A DNA stretch of 63,799 bases, filler included. It is 22 parts of 22 records of this genome, joined end to end, with 100 filler letters (N's around TTAATTAATTAA, not from the genome) between each part and the next. Parts side by side here need not be neighbours in the genome. Positions count along the whole stretch, not along the records: positions 54,927 to 56,977 come from SRR16133337_36171; positions 57,078 to 59,227 come from SRR16133337_36331; positions 59,328 to 61,507 come from SRR16133337_36333; positions 61,608 to 63,799 come from SRR16133337_36334; 18 more parts are not named here. The stretch is one strand, 5' to 3'. Each line of letters opens with the position of its first letter. Positions within the stretch are counted from its first letter, which is position 1. The notes under the pieces are model-generated. The model was not told the DNA's origin, did not search any database, and was given only the letters and a program-made list of their open reading frames with translations. The translations under genes and the position numbers were made by a program. Of the stretch, positions 54,927-63,799 are shown one piece after another.

Positions 54927-56977
54927 TCCATACATTGTGTAAATCGGCCGTTATGATTAAATAAAGTTTAATGTCATCATTTGTATGTCTCGTCGAATGT
55001 TTGTATTTACCAAGCCATCTGTTTTGTTGCTCACAAGCTTGAGTATTTATATGTTTTAATTCTTCTTTGACTGAGGGGTTATCGGGATTAAAGGTTGTCT
55101 GACATACTTTGTTTTTGTGATTGTCGATGTGGAATCTGTCGAGAAACATTTTGATGCGTTCTGAAATGTGTTTGAGAAGCGGATGTAGATGCTTCCTGTT
55201 CAAGATAAATTTGTATAGATGACATACGTCTAACATTAAGGAAATTGGATAAAAGTATGAGAATAAAATTTGTGCGGGACAATAACTTATATGAAAAATA
55301 ACTTACCATCATAAAATAAGTACTGAATTTCGGTTTTCGAGACGCTTTGAAGTGAAGAAAAAAATTGCAAGAGAAGATATGTGACCTGACAAACAACAAT
55401 TGTGTTACAAAATGTAAAGTATTACTCGATTAATTAATTACATACCTGACTGAGACCTTCAGACCTATACAATTCTGATATTTGACAAATTATTCCACAT
55501 GACCATATTATTGTAAAGATTCCAGCGGTGTGGTTATTTTTGCTTTTCTTCGAATCCTCCTTAATCGTGCTACATTCATCCTCATATAGTTTTGCTCTCT
55601 CCTCATCATCTATAGAATGGATAAATGTTTTCAGTGACAATGTATTTGTGGATGCTTCAAATTTATGCTTTGTACTTACTTAACTGTAAGATCCCTGTGT
55701 TTGAAGATTGCATCTCCCAATCTGCAACAATGGGATGTGTTTTGACTTTGTCACTGGAGTATGTTTGAACGGATCCATCAATAAGAATACATCTGTATTG
55801 GTATACTGTAATTGTTTTTTGACGAAGTTTAATTGTTTTTGTGATTTTTTCTATCACGTCAATTATTGGAACCTCGTGATTCGAGCACTTTCTCATGATT
55901 TCTGGAGATGATCCTTCCACAATGATTTTATTTGTATGTGTTTTGCAGTACCTTGATTTACTAACAGGAACATTTCTGCAACCGGTTAAAATCTTTCCCC
56001 AATCCGATTCAATGTATCCATCCATTGTGGCACCACGTATTAGGCGGTGTACCTGAAAATAATGAAATATATTTATTTAAAATATCAATGAATTTATAAG
56101 TTTGTTTGGAAAACAGTACATACTTTCATGCATCCATCCATTATAATAGAATCATGTCTTTCGTCACAATGTTTGCTGTGGTGGTTTGTCCATCTGTCGA
56201 TGAATTCCGTTTGCAAAGTATCAACAACTGCGTCCCATGAAGCTATATTTTTTTTCTTATCATTACTTTCTTCAAGGGATGTCAAATTCTTCTTCTCAAA
56301 CCACGACAAATCAGCGTCATACCATAACTTATCTTCTCTTGATTTGTTTTTTCGCAAAAGACACAGAATAGCGTATTTATACCAATTCATACGAATTGTT
56401 TTTCTACTAGGAGTTACAACGCTATCCAGATACACCATTGTGTTTTGAAACGATTCCCAGGACTGGTGATTCAATATGGTTTGCGCATCTATGTACTTAA
56501 GATAATTCAAACCCCATGCGTATGACTTCTTTGAACCAGAAGTAATGAAAAATTGATTGTGCAATAGTTTATCAAGTCGCCAATAGATTGTGTTATCTAT
56601 TTTTTTGTATGAGGGCAAAAAACACGTTTCACATGCAGAACATGTTATCTTTTGAACAAAAACAACAGTATGCACATGACTGAAAGGATTCGTTACTCCG
56701 TTTTGTGGATTGAAAGAGTACTGTAAGTTAGAATGTTGACAGCACACATCCGTATATTGAATTTTCTGCACGACGTAATTAAGTTTCATAAATTTTGTCG
56801 CTCTGCTGAAAGGGAGTTCCATAAACCTTGATAAAAAATCAAGATTGTCAGTTATTGCTTTGGGTAAAAAACCGACTCGTACGTGTTCGTCAAACTCCAT
56901 ATTTTCTGTGCAATCTTGCACAATTGTTTTCATTTGGATACATCTTATTTCTCGCGGCAAGTGTTGCACTTCACAAT
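54927..56977 (-). mobile_element. KDZ (Kyakuja-Dileera-Zisupton) superfamily transposase gene with introns, partial
   Basis: After removing GT-AG introns 56123-56053, 55445-55386 and 55306-55230: IMDG..K, GC..P..SRYC..H, TAGI...CGII....ELY.SEG..QV, YDDVCHL, LDRFH..NH, NTQACEQ.N.WL. Confidence 0.8.
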
Positions 56978-57492
56978 NNNNNNNNNNNNNNNNNNNNNNN
57001 NNNNNNNNNNNNNNNNNNNNNTTAATTAATTAANNNNNNNNNNNNNNNNNNNNNNNNNNNNNNNNNNNNNNNNNNNNTGGACAGGCAAACATACAGTTAA
57101 GAATCCAGCCCCGATAAAAAATCCCAATTTTTTTAATAGATTGCTTGTGGGCTTGGAGTAATAATAATTGTGTGTGAATGTTGTTTGGTGTGTGTGTATT
57201 TTTTTTGTTTTTTGCATTTTATACATTTTTCTTTTGAGGATTCTTTTGTGTGTTTTTAAACTCCTTATAACACTTTTGAATGGGTATTACAGGGGATCTC
57301 ATATCAAAACCCAACTCCCTTAATAGAACAACCCGCACAACCCCTCCACTCTCCTCCTCCACACTCATGTATTTTTCCAATGACTGAATATATTTGCTTA
57401 TTGGGATTCTCGTCATACTCAAAAAATTCCGCCGCTTGTTCAAAAAAAATGTTGTTTTGCAACACGATTTTATTTTTTCATGTGTCATATAG

Positions 57493-57827
57493 ATTTGGTC
57501 GCAAACATGACAGTAGCTCGACTTGGGTACCCACGAATGGCAATAGGTGCGTCCCTAGGAGGACCTCTTCTAAATCTTTGCGTTGGTTTTGGTGTTTCAA
57601 TGATGATTAATAATATTGAAGGTCCTACTCCGGCTTATGTACCAACCTCAGGACATATTACAATATCTTTGGCATTTGTTGTTGCTGCTGTAATTTCTCA
57701 TATAATCTTTTTTCCACTTTATAAGTGGCGTTTGTCCCGTATTTATGGTATGGTGCTAATTGGAGTATATAACATCTATCTGTTGTTGAACATTTTGTTG
57801 TTTGCTGGAATTTATGAAGTTCCGTAA
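57493..57827 (+). CDS. Last exon of a eukaryotic cation/Ca2+ exchanger (NCLX/CCX-like)
   Basis: Alpha-2 repeat DLVAN..VARLGYPRMAIGASLGGPLLN plus TM helices. Acceptor catatag ending at 57492. Confidence 0.85.
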
Positions 57828-58676
57828 AAGTTGGTTTGTTGGAAATGTTTGTTTCTTTGTCAAAATGATTTTCTGAGTATTGTATTCGCTAGCGCACATA
57901 AATGTCGTCCATCGAAAGTGTGGGAGTAAACAAATAAATTTGACCCAACCAACGCATTTTGATGAGCAATTAAGCACTTAATTTTAGTTTTGCAGTTTTT
58001 TTGAAAAACTTTATAGTCTTTTGGTGTTCTTCAAAAGACAACTCTAGTGACGCCATGTGGCGACTGTATATTTACACATCTTGTTTGTGCGAAGTATCAA
58101 AAAGACATCTTCAGGACAACATCCACCAATGACTTAAGCCATACGACGTCTTTTGCACAAATGTCGCAAAGCTTTAATTTAAGTCACCAATAAACTAAGT
58201 TTGCAGATAGCACCCTCACAAAATGATCTTTTCACGTCACGTTTCGCACAAAAATGTTTCTCTAACATCAATAAACATGTATGTTTTGATGTGCTTTAAC
58301 AACACAACGGAAACAAAAAAAAAGAATCTAGAAATAAAAGTCCCACCTAGATTTTGTCATGATTTTCCATGTTTTTCATTCATTCCATTGTATGAATGAG
58401 AAATTCATTTTTCCTCCATGATTAGCAATATTTTTTTATTTTTGTTTTCGATATGTTTTTTTGTGTAGCTAGGAAAAACAAGGAAAATAGTGGAAAAATT
58501 CTCGGTTGTTTTTGGAGCATGTTTTATTTTTGTTGTGGTACTTTTCAACCTACCCAAAGATAGTTTAATCAACAACGATTCGCAACATATATTTACAAAC
58601 AGTAATAAATTAAAATATTCACTATATTCCAACAATACTAAAAATGGAACAAACAACAACAATCTCACAGCAATTA

Positions 58677-58943
58677 CTACCCAAGTTTTCCAGCTACTTG
58701 TGTACCACTCAATGAACTTAATGCTGACGAAGAACTACTTTCTCCACCTTGTAAAGTGGACCCACCAGCGAATCCTTCGGGTCTTACATCTCCTGTTGAC
58801 ACCACATTTGCAGCATTATTATCATTATCCAATTGACCAGCACTTGTGCCTGCTATATTCGCCCCAGCGATATTCGTGCTACTCGCTGAATTTGTGGGAA
58901 ATGCTTCCCAGCCACCACGTGCGGATGTTTGAGTGCTAGTACC
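58677..58943 (-). CDS. Probable last exon of a low-complexity Ser/Gly/Ala protein
   Basis: tttcacttag acceptor, open frame containing GWEAF, stop at 58677. Confidence 0.45.
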   Translation of the reverse strand, partial: GTSTQTSARGGWEAFPTNSASSTNIAGANIAGTSAGQLDNDNNAANVVSTGDVRPEGFAGGSTLQGGESSSSSALSSLSGTQVAGKLG

Positions 58944-59817
58944 TAAGTGAAACATAAGAAAAAAAATTACTGAATCATTTTTTGTGGGGTTTTAAAGGGC
59001 GAACACCAAATATGCTGTAACGAATTTACCATCACCCTACCTCTCATTCCCATCATCAACACAACCCAACCCCAATTCGCCCGTCCCACACAACCTTCCC
59101 TTCATTACATTTAAATTGAAGAATGAGTTACCGTAGGTACAAAAAAGTAGTTGTATCATTTTCAAAGTTTTTCGCCAAAAATAATCTTCAGTAACAAATT
59201 AGCCTTAAGGTACTAGACCGGGACCCTNNNNNNNNNNNNNNNNNNNNNNNNNNNNNNNNNNNNNNNNNNNNTTAATTAATTAANNNNNNNNNNNNNNNNN
59301 NNNNNNNNNNNNNNNNNNNNNNNNNNNACCGATACTAGATTTACCACCTTAATGTTTTTTGTAAGCACACATGTCTTTGTAAATTCCAACATGTTTTTCA
59401 TTTTTCGCGATAAAGTGAAATTCATTTCACTTTGAATATTTGTTCATGAAAATTCCCGAGCATGTACATGTTTGCCAAAAAATTGGATATTTGTTTTGGT
59501 TCGTCAGGTTTATAAATGCGGGATTTTGTGCGACACATAACAAACTGAGTAGCAAATAATTTCCAAAGTTGTTCGCGACAAATACTCTTCGGACACGAAT
59601 ACAATCTTAAACGTCGAAATGATGAAACTTGCAAAAAATTTTACATGCTGCAAACACAAAAATTCCCTGGGTCTGCAAACAAAAGTTTTCGAATCAATGT
59701 ACAATTGTTTTGTCATTCCCAGGGAATTGCAAGATCCATTCCTTTCAATTCTGCAAGTTTTGACCATTTGAACATGTATTGGGCCTTATTCATTGTAGTT
59801 GCAAGTGTTCTACTTAC

Positions 59818-61110
59818 GAGTGTACCACAAACGCACTCCCGTACTATCATATATTATGTCATCGTCAGCAACATAACAATCAGGAGGTACCAGATCGCAA
59901 TATCGATCCTCTGGCGGTTCTGCGCGTATCCATTCCGGACATTTTAAAATCTGATTAGGATCATTTTTCACTCCTTTGTATCGGTACTCATCAACATCAT
60001 AGTGCAAAGCGAGCAACACATATCTCAATCCTTTGTTTCCGCCCACCCTCAGGCCTGCAAAAACACAGAAACAAAAAATAACGCTCTATCTATAATTCGT
60101 ATGTTGCAAAAAAATCAAAAGAAAAAATAGAGCATCCATGCAAATCGAAAAGTTTTGACAGCACAATCATGTCAATACTGTGCCAATACTGCAGAGTTTG
60201 AGTCGTAGGGCATAAAGGAGCATTTCAAAGGTGCCGCCTCGTCTGAGGCATTCCAATTGCTCGAAAATATAAAAAACGAAAACTTGATTTTCCCGTTATT
60301 TCGAAGATAAGAATGCGGTTTCTAGTATTCGGTAAATAATTAACGAAAATGGACTTCTTTACAAAGGTGTCAAAATTCTGTTTTCCAAAGAAGTCATGCA
60401 CCCAGAAAAAGGGTTTGGCTGTTTGAAGTTATGTGTTTGGGTGCTTGGGCATTATATTTGTGAATGGTACAAATTGATTGTGGCATAAGCGTAGATGCCG
60501 ATAAGTTTATTAAGCCATGTTAAATTTTCCTACAAACCACCTTGTTGTTAGAATTTGTAAAAAACCCATCAAACAACGTGTTTTTGACGTTTCAGAAGCT
60601 GAAAAACTTAAATCCAGTGGTTTCAATACCTTTCGCGTCTCATGCAACCGGCTCGAGTGGTACGTGAAACAATACACATAACAACTACAAACAACAAAAT
60701 GTGCAATAAAAACCAATTTTATACCTGCTTCTGGCGGGAATTGTTGTGGTTCGGTTCCCAGCACCCATGCAACGACAGGACTCGCGCCATACCTCAACCA
60801 ACATTTGCTCATGACTTCGGGCACTCTGTCAACATTTGTGTCTGGTGTTTTCTCACACATTCCGTTTGAATAATTAAAATGTTCTCTGAATGTTCCTGAT
60901 TCACCCCAATTTTCTTGTTGAAAACATTCTGGACAATGTTCTAACTCGGGACATGGAATTACATTCAAGTGATGGACTCGTTTTTTGTTTGTTTCCTCGA
61001 ACAACATGTCCCATTTCGTTACATGAACTGATTTGGTTTCACTTAATGTGATCCCTTGCGTCTCGTTGAATAACTGCCAGAGATCAAAAGCTCCTGACCA
61101 ATAATAAGTG
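59818..61110 (-). CDS. Copper type II ascorbate-dependent monooxygenase (DBH/MOXD1-like), exons 61110-60725 and 60054-59818
   Basis: TYYW, VHHL (Cu site), AWVLG...FPPEA|GLRVG, LHY, DSTGVRLWYT. Phase-1 GT-AG intron joins in frame; next donor GTAAGT at 59817. Confidence 0.85.
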
Positions 61111-63799
61111 CTGACAACACAATCACAGAAATGAATTAAAACAAATATGGACAGTGCATGTCAGGGCATGGGTAGACATGGATCGCATCAAAAAATCGTG
61201 GGTCAAGGAACCCGCCATGACATCTGAGGGCCGGATCCGGAGTCCTGCATTCGCACACCGGGATTGTACTCCTGCAGGATTTCAAACAAAAATCCCAAAA
61301 AATAAAAAATAAACACTGTTCAAAAACATGGAAACTTTTATTTGTGGATTGACGTGTTTTACCTGTTTGAAATACGTATCATTTTTCAGATTATTTTGTA
61401 TATCCAAATTTTAAGACTGAATTTGTCGCCAAAAAGTTTTTTTGCGAAACTTTCTTAAAATCAGAACATGATTGTTTTATATCAATGAATAACCCACATA
61501 CCCTTCANNNNNNNNNNNNNNNNNNNNNNNNNNNNNNNNNNNNNNNNNNNNTTAATTAATTAANNNNNNNNNNNNNNNNNNNNNNNNNNNNNNNNNNNNN
61601 NNNNNNNAAATCCGATCATTTTTAGCGTTTCTTGGGTTGGAGTTTTTCGGCGTGAATAATGGCATTGAGTTGGGGGAAATATTCGAGATATCCAAAAATT
61701 AGTTTTCAAAAACCAGCAATACGAAAATACCGTATACTTCTTTATTTTTTGGATCTAAATCGACTAGGCCTGTGCCATTCTTTAATAGGGTATATGTAAT
61801 TCGAATGCCTAACATGTTTTGTGCATTTTAAAGCGATTTCCTATAAATCCCTCCATTCATGCCGAAAACATGGATCTTCAATGGAAACTAGTCTCGAAAA
61901 AGGTAAGCCACTGGTTTACTTTCGTTGAACTTATAAAAACATGTATATAAATTTACCTTTTTCCTTCATCAATTCACATTTTACAGTCCCGTAACACATC
62001 AATCGTCTGTGGAACAAGTATAGACATTACTTTTATTGAGAAAAAGCTTGGTGTTTTTACGTACAGGGCGCTAAAAAAATAAGCAGAAATGGATATGGTT
62101 ATTAACTAAAGTCCCGTAAATCAACTGAGACCTGGGACATTTTGAGTGGCAAAATTTTTAATTGGTGCGTAGAATGTCTTGAAATGGACGTGGTTGCGTA
62201 ACAACATCACAAGTACAGACATTTACCTTAAGGGACATTTCCTTGAATTCAATGATAACACTTTGTGTATGTCTCAGGAAGGAAAATTGGAAAGACTGCA
62301 TGGGATGGAATATTTCACTTCTTTAATCGTGGATATACTACGCAGGTAAATATTTGGATGCCGTCTTTTCATTACAGTCCCAATTTAACGTTAAAATAAT
62401 GAAGAAAAAAATAAAACAATCTAACTGTACTGAAAGAATCAACGTGAAATCCAGAATTGGTTTACATTATCTATTGTCTGATTTGGATATATGATTTGAA
62501 TGAAAGCAATCGAATCTCTTTGGATAAAGTGGTGTGTACTTAAATTTTGAGACTCATTTTGCCATCACTTCGTTCACAGAATCTTAAAACTCTTCATTAT
62601 ACTTGTGTACAATTAGTAGTAGTGAACGGCTTTATATGGGTGCGCTTCTAATGCAGGCATTAAAGATGTGATTTCGAGGAGCAATGTGACAAAAAAACGA
62701 ACTCAAGAGACGAATAGATATTGCATTAAAGGTATGTTGCCGACATACTTTTCATTGAATCATCAAACGCATAAATGTTTCTTCAAATTGAGCAAAAATG
62801 CCTTTGCCGTAGCAACTAGATTCCGAACACACGCTGTATTATACAGTGCCTTGCACAGAGATTGTTTTATTTTCGAGTATTTTGTCACTTTGCAGCTATA
62901 AACATTTCAAAACAGTCTACACTACGACGAATCTATTTTCACATTGCATCGAATAAATTTGCTTGCCTAAGTATTTTAAATTTCCTAGCTCAATTGCCTG
63001 AATTTGTATGCAAGTGTGGGTGTCTTGATTATTTTTTTAAAAGTTGAAAATTGACTCACTGCTGAGATAAATAGATAACATGTATATTTGGAGAGCGGCT
63101 GAGTACAGTTATGGGCACAGGGGTTTCACAATGATGTTAAAAATGGAGAAAGTGCATCACCAGAATTTTAAGAGTCAATGATTAACGCTTTGGCTTTGTG
63201 TTTTTAGAGACAAGAATTGCAAAAAACCCTTCAAGGTCACAAAAGAAAATGTTCAAAAAGAATGTAAGCGCTTGTGTAATTTTAAATTGCGAAAATTAAT
63301 CGTCTTTTGAATAAGGATTGGTAAGAAAGATATTTTACTGTCCAAGTTAAACATTTTGTTGTTTGTATTTTTTGTTATAGTGGAAACGCTGAGAAAGTTA
63401 CATACCAACACAATGTCGTGAGGTAAGTTTCGTAGAATTGCCGCGTGTGTGTTTTTTTTGTGTGTTTATGTTATTAGAATCACGGGAATGAGAAGAGATC
63501 AAGGAAAACAATTCTGTGACTGATGGGGGTTTTTTGGATGCCTCGAGTCAGGGTGACACAAACGACAGTATTTGAAAAATTGCAGGCCATACAATCTGGG
63601 TGCTAACATGTAAGTTTATGAACACACTACAAAATAAATTACATCATGAGTTTACGTGACAAAATAGAGCACGCTTTTCGTGACCAAGCGAGTTTGAAAG
63701 CGAAAACCCCTAGCCCTCCATACCACCACACTCGATGTTTTTTTTTTATTTTCATGTTATATCCACATGCAACGAAAACAAATTTTGATCGAGAACAAG

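Noticed and set aside
2230..61607. Regularly recurring TTAATTAATTAA as a biological repeat or CRISPR array
   Set aside because: Always centred in an N-padded 100-nt block, so it is a concatenation linker. ORFs containing X runs are artefacts.
61608..63799. Gene model from several AG/GT-bounded segments
   Set aside because: I could not build a consistent stop-free spliced frame or recognise a domain.

Overview
This window is not one chromosome segment. It is 22 short contigs joined by 21 artificial 100-nt linkers (N-run + TTAATTAATTAA + N-run), so adjacency across a linker means nothing. Eight contigs (~25 kb: 2330-4894, 12818-15112, 15213-20232, 20333-24065, 24166-27420, 37579-39905, 48582-52539, 52640-54826) come from an AT-rich Bacteroidetes, probably Flavobacteriaceae. 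They are gene-dense, have TAnnTTTG promoters and carry nrdG-nrdD, tig, wza-wzc, recG, purK-purE, a C-terminal protease, an ABC permease, a 7TM-HD hydrolase, nhaC, DUF3127 and a histidine kinase. The other 14 contigs look eukaryotic: GT-AG introns splice in frame to give ankyrin, WxxW + C-type lectin, DBH-like Cu monooxygenase and cation/Ca exchanger exons, and there is an intact L1/Tx1-like retrotransposon ORF2 and an intron-containing KDZ transposase. Main leads: (1) an accessory two-gene operon (259-aa unknown + PIN nuclease) beside a decayed integrase, a candidate non-canonical toxin-antitoxin or anti-phage system; (2) a modular intergenic repeat family (TTTTTGTCTTGC plus 7- and 8-nt tandem units) at the ends of seven of the eight bacterial contigs; (3) repeated TATACTC-type IS630-like termini, one inverted pair enclosing a broken GH19 gene; (4) a three-repeat glycine-rich outer-membrane protein; (5) a GC-rich, self-complementary ~270-nt candidate RNA on a eukaryotic contig. 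All family calls come from motif recognition by eye; no searches were run.
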